A DNA stretch of 64,000 nt from an uncultured delta proteobacterium (GCA_963796685.1 CAWCMR010000011.1:32001-96000); one strand, 5' to 3'; shown: positions 10,947 through 22,075, counted from the stretch's first letter. Made by a program: numbers and translations. The notes: generated by a model not told the origin, from the letters alone.

Positions 10947-12660
10947 ATGGCTTTGGACGAGAAGCCGGCCGATCTCGAACAAACCGCCGAGCGCGCCCGC
11001 TACGAGCGCGACGAGCTGCTCGCCATCGCGCGCGCCCTGTCCTCGGAGCGCGACATCCGCAAGCTGCTCGACCTCATCCTGTTCAAGAGTCGCCAGATCA
11101 CCGGTGCGGACGCCGGCAGCGTCTACGTCCTCGAAGCCGCGGAGGCGGATGCAACCGGCGAGGGCGCCGAGGCCGCCGAGGCCGCTGCGCCTGGCCGGTC
11201 GAACCTGCGCGTGCCCCTGCCACGCGAGCTCTTGCATCGGCGCTCGGCCGCGCTTGGCGCGGGCAGAAATACCATCCTGCACTTCATGCTGTCGCAAAAC
11301 GACTCCATGGTCGTGGATTTTCAGGAGCTCAGGGCTCGAGGTGGACGGCTCGTCCATCGCGGGCAAGACCGTGCTCGGCGGCAAGCCCATCAACATTGCC
11401 AACCTCGGCGCGCTCGCGCCCGCCGACCTCGAGGGGCTGACCCACAACCGCACCTTCGACCAGAAGACCGGCTACCAGGCGCGCTCCATGCTGACCGTGC
11501 CCATGACCTCGGCCATGGGCGACGTCATCGGGGTCATCCAGCTCATCAACAAGAAGCGCGATCCGGCGAAGAAGCTGCTCGCGCCCGCCGATTTCGTCGC
11601 CGAGGTCGTGCCCTTCGACAGCTTTGCCGAGGAGATGGCCTTGGCGCTGGCCTCGCAGGCCGGGGTGTCGCTGGAGAACGCGATCCTCTACGACGAGATC
11701 CGGCGCTTGTTCGAAAGCTTCGTCGATGCCTCGGTGACCGCCATCGAGTCTCGCGATCCGACGACGTCGGGGCATTCGCGGCGCGTGGCCACGCTTTCCG
11801 TGGCGTTGGCCGAGAAGGTCGACGCGGTCACGGCCGGCCCCTTGTCGGGGTTGCACTTCTCGCGCGACGACCTTCGCCAGCTCGAATACGCGGGTATGTT
11901 GCACGACTTCGGCAAGGTCGGGGTGCGCGAGCACGTCCTGGTCAAGGCCAAGAAGCTCTACGACTGGCAGCTCGGCGCCGTGTCCATGCGGTTGCGTTTC
12001 GTGCGCAAGTCCATCGAGGCCGAGGCCCTGCGCGCGAAGCTCGCGCTTTTTCAATCGGGCGCGGGGGCCGTGCAAGAGGCCGCGGCCGCCATCGACGCCG
12101 ACCTCGGCGCGCGCCGGGCGAGGGTCGACGAGGGCTGGCAACTGGTGCTGGCCGCCAACGAACCCACCTTGATGGAACGACCAGCCCTGGCCCGTCTGCT
12201 GGAAATCGCCAACCTGACCTACGTCGACGAGACGGGGGTGGCGCAGCCCTATCTGAGCGCGGACGAGCTCGCGTCCCTGCAGGTCCCGCGCGGCAGCCTC
12301 ACCGCCGACGAGCGGCAACAGATCCAGCGCCACGTCGACCACACCCTCGCCTTTCTGCGCACGATTCCGTGGGGCCGGACCCTGCACAACGTGCCGCACA
12401 TCGCGGGGGCGCACCACGAGCTGCTCGACGGCAGCGGCTATCCCCTGCGCTTGCGCGGGACCGAGATCCCGGTGGAGGCGCGCATGCTGACCATCGCCGA
12501 CATCTTCGACGCCCTGACGGCCTCGGATCGCCCCTACAAGTCCGCGGTGCCCGTGGGGCGCGCCCTCGGCATCTTGGAAGGCGAGGTCAAGGCCGGCAAG
12601 TGCGACGGCGATCTGTTCCGCCTCTTCGTCGAGGCGGAGATCTACAAGCGGGTGCTATGA
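10947..12660 (+). CDS. GAF + HD-GYP phosphodiesterase, frameshifted at ~11332
   Basis: GAF (ADAGSVY...GVIQLINK), [29 protein letters not shown]; deleting one G of AGGG joins the frames. Confidence 0.85.
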
Positions 12661-13106
12661 GCAACATCTCGGTGCTGGTCCGCCCCGAGGCGCGCAGGTT
12701 GCTCGCACGTGGGCAAGGGCGGGCTCTCGGCGCCCGCCTGGGCGCGGCCTTGCGTCTGCTCGAACGGTCGCGCTGCGAGGTCGCGCTGCTGCTCACGGGC
12801 GACGAGGAGATCCGCGCGCTCAATCGCAACTACCGCAAGCTCGACCGCGCCACCGACGTGCTCAGCTTTCATCAGCAGGAGCTGCACGGCGAATCCGACC
12901 CCGCTTCCGACGGCGTGTTCCTGGGTGACCTCGTCATCTCCGTCGAGACCGCGCTCCGGCGCAGCGGCAAAGGCCGGCTCGCGGGCGAGCTGGCCCGCCT
13001 GGCCATCCACGGCCTGTGCCACCTGTTCGGCCACGACCACCATCGTCCAAGGCAAGCGAGGGTGATGCGCGCGCTCGAGCAGCGCCTTTTGCGTGGAACG
13101 CGATAG
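12657..13106 (+). CDS. ybeY: rRNA maturation RNase YbeY
   Basis: [31 protein letters not shown]; ATGA overlap with the upstream stop. Confidence 0.92.
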   Translation: MSNISVLVRPEARRLLARGQGRALGARLGAALRLLERSRCEVALLLTGDEEIRALNRNYRKLDRATDVLSFHQQELHGESDPASDGVFLGDLVISVETALRRSGKGRLAGELARLAIHGLCHLFGHDHHRPRQARVMRALEQRLLRGTR

Positions 13107-13267
13107 CGGGCACGACGATCCTCGGTACTTGCGCTCGCGCGGGCAGTAGGGGGCCGGGGTCTGGCGGATAGGCCTTGACCCTCCCGTGCCGCGCGCGAAT
13201 GCTTTCGGGGTCCGAGCGAGGTGCTCGACCGTACCGTTCGACTACATGGGCACGGAGGACGACCATC

Positions 13268-14941
13268 ATGCACAACCAGGCACGGCGCGTTCTGGACAGC
13301 GTGCTTCTCGGGATCGTGGGCGCCTTGGGCGCGCAGGTCTTCACCTTTCTGCTCGACCTCGTGGGATCGCTCACGCTCACGCGCATCGCCGGGTACACCG
13401 CGCCCGGGCTCCTGATGGACAAAGGAGCGCTGCAACAAGTGATCGGACCGCATGGACTCTGGCTGGTTCCGATCGTAACGACCCTCGGCGGTCTCCTTTC
13501 GGGGCTGCTGGTCTACAGTCTCGCGCCCGAGGCCGAGGGTCATGGAACGGACACCGCGGTAAAGGCCTTCCACCGCACCGGCGGGTTCATCCGCGCCCGC
13601 ATCGTCCCGCTGAAGATCGTTGCGTCCGCCATCACCATCGGTACCGGCGGCTGCGCCGGGCGCGAGGGACCGACCGCGCTCATCAGTGCGGGGATTGGCT
13701 CCATCTACGCCACGCTGACCAAACGCACCGACGAGGAGCGGCGCCTGCTCGTGCTGATGGGCATGGCCGCCGGGCTTTCGGCCATTTTTCGCTCGCCCAT
13801 CGGCACCGCCATCTTCGCGGTGGAGGTGCTCTACCGGGACATGGAGTTCGATGCGCCGGCCCTGGTCTACACCATGCTCGCCGCCGTGGTCGCGTACGCC
13901 CTGAATGGTCACATCGTGGGTTGGAAACCCCTGTTCGTGGTGCCCGCAAGCCTCGCGCCCCCGGCGATTTCGGACTACCTCGGCTACCTCGTCCTGGGCC
14001 TGGCCGCGGGCGTCCTGGCGACACTCGTGCCCATGGTCTTTTACCGCGTACGCGACGGCTTCCGCGCGCTTCCCTTGCCTGACCACGTGAAGCCAGCCCT
14101 GGGCGGACTTGGCGTGGGACTGCTGGCTCTCGGGCTGCCCCAGGTACTGGGCGGCGGCTATGGCTGGATCCAGCTCGCCATGAACGGGAAGCTGGCGCTC
14201 TGGCTCATGGTTGTGCTCGTGTTCGCCAAGCTCCTCGCCCTCGCGCTCACGGTCTCCTCGGGCGGGTCGGGCGGCGTCTTTGCACCTTCGTTGTTCATCG
14301 GGGCGATGCTCGGCGGAGCGCTCGCGCGCATTCTCGGCCAACCCCCCGGGCCCTTCGTCGTCGTCGGCATGGCGGCCCTGTTCGCGGGCGCTGCAAGGGT
14401 TCCCATGGCCACCATGCTCATGGTCACCGAGATGACCGGCGGATACGACCAACTGGTGGCCGCGGGCCTTGCGGTGACGGTTTCGTACTTCGTCCAGCGA
14501 GGCCTATCCACCAAGCTGCGCTACACCAGCCTGTACGAGGCGCAAGTGCCACGTCCGGCGGACTCGCCCGCCCACCATCAAGAGCAGGTCGAAACCGCAC
14601 TGCATTTGCTGCGGCAACACCTGGTCACCTTGCCGGCCGGTGTGCACCATCTGCGCCTCACCGATCTTCTGTCTTCGGGCGTGCCGGTCGATCTGCCCGG
14701 CGGCAGTCGGCTGACCATCGGCGTGCTGCCCGCGAAGAGCCCGTGGCTGGGACGTACGCTCGCCGACTGGCAGGCGCAAGGTGGTGGCGCCATCGTCATC
14801 GCCGTATTCCGGGCAGGTGGCACGCTGCTGCCTCTGCCCGGGCTGACCCTGCAGCCGGACGATCGTTTGCTGCTGATCGTGACTCCCGAGCAGTGGCAAG
14901 GTCTGAAAGAACGATTGGCGCCGCTCGGCCCGAAGATGTGA
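13268..14941 (+). CDS. ClC chloride channel/antiporter with C-terminal RCK_C (TrkA-C) domain
   Basis: GHGTD, GREGP, GGSGGVFAPSL; C-terminal ..LQPDDRLLL. Confidence 0.9.
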   Translation: MHNQARRVLDSVLLGIVGALGAQVFTFLLDLVGSLTLTRIAGYTAPGLLMDKGALQQVIGPHGLWLVPIVTTLGGLLSGLLVYSLAPEAEGHGTDTAVKAFHRTGGFIRARIVPLKIVASAITIGTGGCAGREGPTALISAGIGSIYATLTKRTDEERRLLVLMGMAAGLSAIFRSPIGTAIFAVEVLYRDMEFDAPALVYTMLAAVVAYALNGHIVGWKPLFVVPASLAPPAISDYLGYLVLGLAAGVLATLVPMVFYRVRDGFRALPLPDHVKPALGGLGVGLLALGLPQVLGGGYGWIQLAMNGKLALWLMVVLVFAKLLALALTVSSGGSGGVFAPSLFIGAMLGGALARILGQPPGPFVVVGMAALFAGAARVPMATMLMVTEMTGGYDQLVAAGLAVTVSYFVQRGLSTKLRYTSLYEAQVPRPADSPAHHQEQVETALHLLRQHLVTLPAGVHHLRLTDLLSSGVPVDLPGGSRLTIGVLPAKSPWLGRTLADWQAQGGGAIVIAVFRAGGTLLPLPGLTLQPDDRLLLIVTPEQWQGLKERLAPLGPKM

Positions 14942-15111
14942 AGAAAGAGTCGCGAGCCATCCCCATCCCCTGGTGACTCAGCCCAGGCTATTCCCCGCGT
15001 CGCCGTGCACGGCTGGAGGCGGGGGTGGGCCGGGCGGTGGCGGCTGAGCCGGCCAGCGATGGAAGAGCCCTCGGGGCGTCCACAGCACGTAATCGCCGGT
15101 GCGGAAAGTCT

Positions 15112-15762
15112 TCAGCCAGTGCCGATTGAGGCGACGGATACGGACGCAACCTTCGCAGAACGTCTTCCATCGACCCGCGGCACGAGCGGGACGCCAGGGG
15201 GCTCCGTCCTGCTCGGGTACGGCATCGATGCAATCCCGGCCGCCGCCGCGTCGACGCAGGCCATGATCAGAAACAGCACGGTAAAGGACAGATGCGCGAC
15301 GACCAGCCCGCCTGCGAGCGCCGCCAGCCCGGCGAACACATGGGTCCCGCCGGCCCAGATGGACCAGTGCCGGGCCGAGGGCTCATTGATGCCGTCGGTA
15401 AAGACCGAGTCCCAGGCCGGCTCGATGAGGCCGGTGGCCAGCCCGGCCGCGAGCTGCACGGCGAACAGCTGCCACTTGTTTTGTACGAAGACGTAACCGA
15501 CATCGCAGCAAACGGAGGTCCACAGACCCACGGCCAAGAATCCCTTGATGCGGCGCTGGAACAGCGCTCTCGTGCCGATCACTCCGATGACGGCGCCGGT
15601 GGCAATCGAGAACACCGCGAAGGCGATGCCGGCATCCAAAAGGCTGCCACCCACCTTTTCGGTGAAGGCGGCATAAATGGGAACCAGCATCGACTCGGCA
15701 AAAGTGATGAGGAAACTGATGCGGAGAAGCAGGCGGGCTTGTCGGGGGAGGGCGATGGGCAT
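15112..15762 (-). CDS. Short (half-size) MFS-type transporter
   Basis: About 6 hydrophobic helices, PIYAAF..VGGSLLDAG. Confidence 0.65.
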   Translation of the reverse strand: MPIALPRQARLLLRISFLITFAESMLVPIYAAFTEKVGGSLLDAGIAFAVFSIATGAVIGVIGTRALFQRRIKGFLAVGLWTSVCCDVGYVFVQNKWQLFAVQLAAGLATGLIEPAWDSVFTDGINEPSARHWSIWAGGTHVFAGLAALAGGLVVAHLSFTVLFLIMACVDAAAAGIASMPYPSRTEPPGVPLVPRVDGRRSAKVASVSVASIGTG

Positions 15763-16028
15763 TCGGACCTGAGCAGTCGGCAGCTGAGCAACAATTGGAA
15801 CTTCACTAGAATACCACGGGCACTGCTTTCATTCCCGGAGCCGGCGCTGTGACAGCCGCGGCACATTTGTCCACGCTGACTGGCAACGCCGTGTTCCGCA
15901 CGCGGCACGAAGCGCGGGGAGTGCTCCGAAACACCCCTGATAACGCCAAGGGTTAGGTGCGCGCCGCAGTGCCCGGGGCAGATGGCCCATCGGGTCAGTC
16001 TTGCTGTTTTGCCGGGCAGGGGGGATAG

Positions 16029-16748
16029 TTGGCGGCCGTGACGGCACGGTGTCAGTTTCTCGCGTGGGTCGTCGTGCTGGGCCTTTCGTCTTGCGATTTC
16101 GACAAGGCTTTCAAGCGATACTGCGAGAACAATCCGAAATGCTTCCAGGATGCGGGCGGCACGTCCGAGGTCGGCCCGGATGCTGCCGGCCCGGATGCTG
16201 CCGGCCCGGATGCGAACGATGCGGCTGCCGACGCCTTTCCCCTCGTCCCGCCTCCGTTCCCGAGGAGCTGCGGCTCTTGCGCCAGCAATGAAGTCTGTCG
16301 CACCGCCAGCAATGCCTGTCTTCAGACCTGTACGACCGTTGCCGACTGCCCCCCGTGGCATGACAGTTGCCAGCCTCTCCCCGATCCCAAGGGCGGCCCG
16401 GACACTCCCCCGGTCTGCATCTGCACCTCGGCGCAAGTGTGCGCGAACTTCGGGGACTATTCGTGCAACGGTTTCGAGAACCAGTGCGAGAAGCTTTGCA
16501 GCGCACAGCCTGGGAGTCAGCAGGTTTGCGCCGGCTTCCAACCGGCGCGGCTTTGCCTGGATCCCCCTGGATGGTGCGAACCGACTTTGCCGGCCTGTTT
16601 GTCGAATCTCGATTGCACGTACCCGACCGCGCCCCGCTGCGATCCTCTTTCGCTATGGTGTGTCGGCTGTGCGGGCAGCCGCGACTGTGCCGGTCGTCCG
16701 GACGGCCTGACAGTCTGTGCTGCGAACGGCAGCTGTGTCAGCCCGTAG
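16029..16748 (+). CDS. Cys-rich secreted lipoprotein
   Basis: Signal peptide ending LSSC, GPDAA repeats, numerous Cys. Confidence 0.7.
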   Translation: MAAVTARCQFLAWVVVLGLSSCDFDKAFKRYCENNPKCFQDAGGTSEVGPDAAGPDAAGPDANDAAADAFPLVPPPFPRSCGSCASNEVCRTASNACLQTCTTVADCPPWHDSCQPLPDPKGGPDTPPVCICTSAQVCANFGDYSCNGFENQCEKLCSAQPGSQQVCAGFQPARLCLDPPGWCEPTLPACLSNLDCTYPTAPRCDPLSLWCVGCAGSRDCAGRPDGLTVCAANGSCVSP

Positions 16749-18254
16749 GCGGTTCCGAGGGGCCGCGCAGCGGCCCAATCGCCTCGCCCGGCGGGCACGC
16801 GGGGAGAGGCCGACGCGCGAAGCGCGGCCGGTGAGGGGAGGTGAAGCCACGCCCATCTCGGCTCCCCTCACCCGCCGCCGCGGACGTCGGCGGCCTCTCC
16901 CCGACGGGGGAGAGGCGCGGATCGCTATGCTGTGGCTCCCCAACTACGGAGTCAGCAGGTGTGCGTCGGCTTCCAACCGGCGCGGCTTTGCCTGGATCCC
17001 CCTGGATGGTGCGAACCGACTTTGCCGGCCTGTTTGTCGAATCTCGATTGCACGTACCCGACCGCGCCCCGCTGCGATCCTCTTTCGCTATGGTGTGTCG
17101 GCTGTGCGGGCAGCCGCGACTGTGCCGGTCGTCCGGACGGCCTGACAGTCTGTGCTGCGAACGGCAGACTGTGTTAGCCCGTAGGCGGTTCCGAGGGGCC
17201 GCGCAGCGGCCCAATCGCCTCGCCCGGCGGGCACGCGGGGAGAGGCCGACGCGCGAAGCGCGGCCGGTGAGGGGAGGTGAAGCCACGCCCATCTCGGCTC
17301 CCCTCACCCGCCGCCGCGGACGTCGGCGGCCTCTCCCCGACGGGGGAGAGGCGCGGATCGCTATGCTGTGGCTCCCCAACTACGGAGTCAGCAGGTTTGC
17401 GCCGGCTTCCAACCGGCGCGGCTTTGCCTGGATCCCCCTGGATGGTGCGAACCGACTTTGCCGGCCTGTTTGTCGAATCTCGATTGCACGAATCCGACCG
17501 CGCCCCGCTGCGATCCTCTTTCGCTATGGTGTGTCGGCTGTGCGGGCAGCCACGACTGTGCTGGTCGTTCGGACGGGCTGACAGTCTGTGCTGCGAACGG
17601 CAGCTGTGTCAGCCCGTAGGCGGTTCCGAGGGGCCGCGCAGCGGCCCAATCGCCTCGCCCGGCGGGCACGCGGGGAGAGGCCGACGCGCGAAGCGCGGCC
17701 GGTGAGGGGAGGTGAAGCCACGCCCATCTCGGCTCCCCTCACCCGCCGCCGCGGACGTCGGCGGCCTCTCCCCGACGGGGGAGAGGCGCGGATCGCTATG
17801 CTGTGGCTCCCCAACTACGGAGTCAGCAGGTGTGCGTCGGCTTCCAACCGGCGCGGCTTTGCCTGGATCCCCCTGGATGGTGCGAACCGACTTTGCCGGC
17901 CTGTTTGTCGAATCTCGATTGCACGTATCCGACCGCGCCCCGTTGCGATCCCCCTCGCATGGTGTGTCGGCTGTGCGGGCAGCCACGACTGTGCTGGTCG
18001 TTCGGACGGGCTGACAGTCTGTGCTGCGAACGGCAGCTGTGTCAGCCCGTAGGCGGTTCCGAGGGGCCGCGCAGCGGCCCAATCGCCTCGCCCGGCGGGC
18101 ACGCGGGGAGAGGCCGACGCGCGAAGCGCGGCCGGTGAGGGGAGGTGAAGCCACGCCCATCTCGGCTCCCCTCACCCGCCGCCGCGGACGTCGGCGGCCT
18201 CTCCCCGACGGGGGAGAGGCGCGGATCGCTATGCTGTGGCTCCCCAACTACGGA
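16513..18254 (+). repeat. Tandem array of 4 units (435/436/435/433 bp), each the 3' ~235 bp of the Cys-rich gene plus ~200 bp of REP-containing spacer
   Basis: Units start at GGAGTCAGCAGG at 16513, 16948, 17384 and 17819; array ends at GGA 18252-18254. Confidence 0.95.
16780..16917. repeat. Inverted pair of REP-like palindromic elements (CCCTCACCC...CCTCTCCCC..GGGGAGAGG family), present in each tandem unit
   Basis: Same motif family at 42615-42652, 46010-46064 and partially 21703-21722. Confidence 0.75.
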
Positions 18255-19660
18255 CCAACCGGGACGGGCCAGCCGCTCGAATCCCAGACCAGGTCCGCGA
18301 TGCGCAGGGTGGGGTTTCCGTTGCTCATGGCATAGGCGTGGTACACGAGATAGGCCTTCTTGCCCGTGAACATCACCGACTGGCCTCCCGGCCCCGCCCA
18401 GTCGCCGCCTGTTTGCGCGATAAGCGTGCCGCCACCCTGCATGGCCGCCGTTCCGGCCTTGTCGGCGAAGGGCCCCGTGACGCTCGTTCCGCGCACGACG
18501 CGAATGTTGTAGGTGCTGTCCGCGCCCTTGCAGCAGGTGTCCCACGAAGTGAAGAGATAGTAGTACCCGCAGCGACGGATCAGGAAGGGGCCTTCGAGGG
18601 CTCCTCCGTTGCTCGGGCGGGCGGCGATGCCGGTGATCGTCGTGCCCACGCGCGCGCCGGTCTGGTCGAGCGGGACGATCTTGATCCCGCCCCAGAAGCT
18701 GCCGAAGACGAGCCAAGGATTTCCGTCCGTGTCCACGATCGCGTTGGGATCGATGGCGTTCCAATTGTCGCCCGAGGTGGTGATGTTCGAGCAGATGGTG
18801 GCCGAGCCCTGATCCGTCCACGTGCCCGAGCTCAACGACGGGCGCACGGAGTGTCCGATGCACGACTTGTTCGTTCCGAAGGTGGAGCCGGCATAGTAGA
18901 GGTGGTAGGTGCCGCCGAAGTAGGAAATATCTGGAGCCCACAGGTCGGTGACGCCGGTAACCGCCGCGCTCATCCAGGCGGGTGTGGCGAAGGGTGCGGA
19001 TGCCGCGTTCCAGGTGGTCAGGTTGGTTGACGTTTTGGCGCCGAGCCCGGTCTGGAATTCGTAGTAGGTGCCGTTGCTCTCGATGGCGCTCGGATCGTGG
19101 GCGCCAAGGTTCCCGCTCAAGGTCAGCACCTGGGGCGGGTTGGCGGAGTCGTAGACGCCCACATCGCAACGATCGGTGGACGTGCCACCCGTGCTCGTGG
19201 CGCCGCCGGTCGCGCTCGCGCCCCCACCGCCCACGGTCCCGCCCATCGCCTTGGCGCCCCCCGTGCGGGCAACTCCGCCCGTCGCCGAGGTTCCGCCGGT
19301 CGCCACCGTCCCACCCGAGCCCACGGTCCCGCCGGTCGCCACCGTCCCACCCGAGCCCCCAATCCCGCCGGTCGGCATGATCCCGCCGGTCGCCACCGTT
19401 CCGCCGGCGCCCGGCGTTCCGCCCGACGCAAAGCTGCCGCCGCTCGCCACCACGCCGCCAGAGCCGGTCACGCCACCGGTGGTGCGGTCTCCACCCGACA
19501 TCGACGGCCCGGCTCCACCCGAGCTGGCGCTGCCGCCGGTGCCTCGAGCCGTTCCCGTGCCGGGGCTCGAACATGCCCCTTGAGAAGCCGCGATCGTCCC
19601 GACGAGCAGCAGCGAGCAAACCCATCGAGCGCTTGCTACGCCCGGCGTTGTGAACGTCAT
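18248..19660 (-). CDS. GH43 endo-1,5-alpha-L-arabinanase with Gly/Thr linker (lipoprotein)
   Basis: HDPS, LWAPD, NAIDP, FGSFWGGI, EGP, CCKG, GPGGQ. Confidence 0.9.
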   Translation of the reverse strand: MTFTTPGVASARWVCSLLLVGTIAASQGACSSPGTGTARGTGGSASSGGAGPSMSGGDRTTGGVTGSGGVVASGGSFASGGTPGAGGTVATGGIMPTGGIGGSGGTVATGGTVGSGGTVATGGTSATGGVARTGGAKAMGGTVGGGGASATGGATSTGGTSTDRCDVGVYDSANPPQVLTLSGNLGAHDPSAIESNGTYYEFQTGLGAKTSTNLTTWNAASAPFATPAWMSAAVTGVTDLWAPDISYFGGTYHLYYAGSTFGTNKSCIGHSVRPSLSSGTWTDQGSATICSNITTSGDNWNAIDPNAIVDTDGNPWLVFGSFWGGIKIVPLDQTGARVGTTITGIAARPSNGGALEGPFLIRRCGYYYLFTSWDTCCKGADSTYNIRVVRGTSVTGPFADKAGTAAMQGGGTLIAQTGGDWAGPGGQSVMFTGKKAYLVYHAYAMSNGNPTLRIADLVWDSSGWPVPVGP

Positions 19661-19855
19661 GTCGAGGCCTCGCTCGAACAGTGGCGCCGATCGGCGGCGT
19701 GGCTCACCTTTCCACCTCCTAGTGTGGATGCGCCGCTGATATGTTATGCGTTAGAGGCGATCGGACCTGACCCACTTTTCGGGGCTCGAACCACTGCCGC
19801 AAGCGCATTTCGTGTTGTCATGCTCCGCCGAAACCCAGTCATGAGAGGAAGCTCC

Positions 19856-21691
19856 ATGCAACGATTCCCCAGATTCACGGCCGTCGTGTTCGTGGCTGCC
19901 CTGGGATTTTGCCCGCTGTCTTGCAACAGCAGCGGATCACCGAACGCGAATGGCCACGACAGCGCGGCTGTCGGCACCGGCGGGAGCGGCGGGAGAGCGA
20001 CCACCGTCCACGCATCGGGCGGAAACACGGGCGGAAATCCAGGCGCCGGGGGCAGCGGCGGACAGAGCGCCGATGCAGCTTCCACGGGTGAAGGGGGAGG
20101 CGGCGGACAAGGCTCGGGCGGCGCGGCCACGGGTGGCAGCGGGACTAGCAAGAGCGAGGCCGGCGCGGGCGGGCAGGGGGCAGGCGGAGCCGCCACCGGC
20201 GGCAGCGGATCGGGCAAGAGCGACGCGAGCGCGGGCGGGCAGGGCACGGGTGGAACCGCGGGAGGCATGGGCAGCGGCGGAGCCGGTGGATCCGGAACGG
20301 GCAAAGGGGGCGCTGGCGGCAACGACGCCGGGTCTGCCACCGGCGGGGCGACCGGCACCGGCGGCATGGACACGGGCGGCGCTGGCGCGGGCGGCACGCA
20401 AGCCAACCTTCCCGCGGGCGTGACGGCGCTGTTCCCGCCGCCCGGCGGTCAAGGGATCTGCCCAGACCCACCCCTGCGCATCACCTTCTCGGGCGCGCCC
20501 ACCCTCGGCGCCACCGGCAAGATCCAAGTCTATGGCTCGTCGGGCGCCGCCGTCGCCTCGGTCGACATGGCGGCCAGCACCGTCACCGACACCATCGGTG
20601 GCACGTCTTTCATCATGCTTCGGCCCGTCTATGTGGACGGCAACGACGCCGTGATCTACCTCAAGACCAAGGCCCTGGCATACGGACAGACCTACTACGT
20701 GACCGTCGACTCGGGCGCCATCAAGCCCCCCGGCGGCGGCACGCTGGCCATCACGGGCTCGACCGCCTGGCGCTTCACCACCGCGGCGGCAGCGCCCGGC
20801 GATCTCTCGGCGCTGACCGTTGCCCTCGATGGCTCGGGTCAGTTCTGCACCGTCCAGGGCGCCACGGACGCGTTGCCGGCGAACAACACGGCCGCCTCGA
20901 CCATCACCATCAAGAGCGGCACCTACCACGAGATCATGCACGTCTCGAAGAAGAGCAACCTCACCTTGCACGGACAGGATCGCCAGCAGACCATCCTTCT
21001 CGGGACCAACAACAACACCCAGCAGACGGGCAACAATCCGGGCACGAGCAACCGGTCGCTGCTCGGCTTCGACAGCACCAACGGCCTCACCATCGAGAAC
21101 CTGACCATTCAAAACCTGACCCCGCAGGACGGCTCGCAAGCCGAGGCGTTGCGTCTGCAGAATTGCGACAAGTGCGTGGTCCGCGACGCCAACATCCTCA
21201 GCCTGCAGGACACGCTGTTGTGGAGCGGCCGGCTCTACGCCGACAACTGTCTCATCGCGGGCAACGTCGACTATATCTGGGGCACGGGCGTTGCCTACTT
21301 CAACAAGTGCGAGATCCGAACCGTCGGCAGGTCGGGTGTGCTCGTGCAGTCCCGCAACGCCGCGGGCGCCTACGGCTATGTCTTCGTCGATTCCAAGCTG
21401 ACGACCGACTCGGCGTCGAAGAACAACATGCTCGCGCGCATCGACGTCAGCGCGTATCCGGGCAGCCACGTGGCGTACATCAACTGCCAGATGAACAACG
21501 TCGCCGCCGCCGGCTGGACCGTCACCGGTGGAACGCCGACCTCGTCGCTGCGCTTCTGGGAGTACCAGAGCACGGATGCCTCCGGCAATGCTCTTGGCAC
21601 CAGCGGCCGCCAGTACGGGACGCAGATATCCGCCACCGAAGCCGCTTCCATGCGCGACCCCACCGTGGTCCTCGGCGGCTGGCAACCCTGA
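19856..21691 (+). CDS. Pectinesterase-family (CE8) lipoprotein with Gly-rich linker and Ig-like domain
   Basis: TVQGA, GTYHE, QAEAL, QDTL, GNVDYIWG, LAR. Confidence 0.85.
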   Translation: MQRFPRFTAVVFVAALGFCPLSCNSSGSPNANGHDSAAVGTGGSGGRATTVHASGGNTGGNPGAGGSGGQSADAASTGEGGGGGQGSGGAATGGSGTSKSEAGAGGQGAGGAATGGSGSGKSDASAGGQGTGGTAGGMGSGGAGGSGTGKGGAGGNDAGSATGGATGTGGMDTGGAGAGGTQANLPAGVTALFPPPGGQGICPDPPLRITFSGAPTLGATGKIQVYGSSGAAVASVDMAASTVTDTIGGTSFIMLRPVYVDGNDAVIYLKTKALAYGQTYYVTVDSGAIKPPGGGTLAITGSTAWRFTTAAAAPGDLSALTVALDGSGQFCTVQGATDALPANNTAASTITIKSGTYHEIMHVSKKSNLTLHGQDRQQTILLGTNNNTQQTGNNPGTSNRSLLGFDSTNGLTIENLTIQNLTPQDGSQAEALRLQNCDKCVVRDANILSLQDTLLWSGRLYADNCLIAGNVDYIWGTGVAYFNKCEIRTVGRSGVLVQSRNAAGAYGYVFVDSKLTTDSASKNNMLARIDVSAYPGSHVAYINCQMNNVAAAGWTVTGGTPTSSLRFWEYQSTDASGNALGTSGRQYGTQISATEAASMRDPTVVLGGWQP

Positions 21692-22075
21692 GCCCGCTCT
21701 GAGGCCCTCACCCTAATCCCGACCGGCGCAGCGATGTCGCGAGGCACCGACCTGAAGGTCGCTTTCCAAGGCCAAGTCTCTCGCCTTGCAGGGCGACGAA
21801 GGGTGGTCGTGGCCGTAAACGGCTTACCGTGGCTGTGGCCGTGGCCGGACATTTGGGAGGTATGGGCTTGCAAGACATCCAAGATGACAGCGCTTTCCAA
21901 TATGAGTTTCGGCAGTACAGCGGAAGAGTTTCTCGGCCACGGCCACGGCCATGGCGACGGCCGTCACCCAACGGGTGACAGCTTTGTCGACCACTCTTGC
22001 CATTGCCACGTACTTGCAGGACATTGTGTCCTCATGCCCCTGGGGATGTTGGCAATGGAGGCCAAGCGAGAGACC

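Noticed and set aside
13107-14941. Fluoride riboswitch and CLC-F exporter
   Set aside because: No GGCGATGG...CGCC motif upstream; the protein has GREGP, not the CLC-F GNN/GREGT signature
16513-18254. CRISPR array or DGR template/variable repeats
   Set aside because: Units are ~435 bp with no unique spacers and no cas genes; the differences are not adenine-specific
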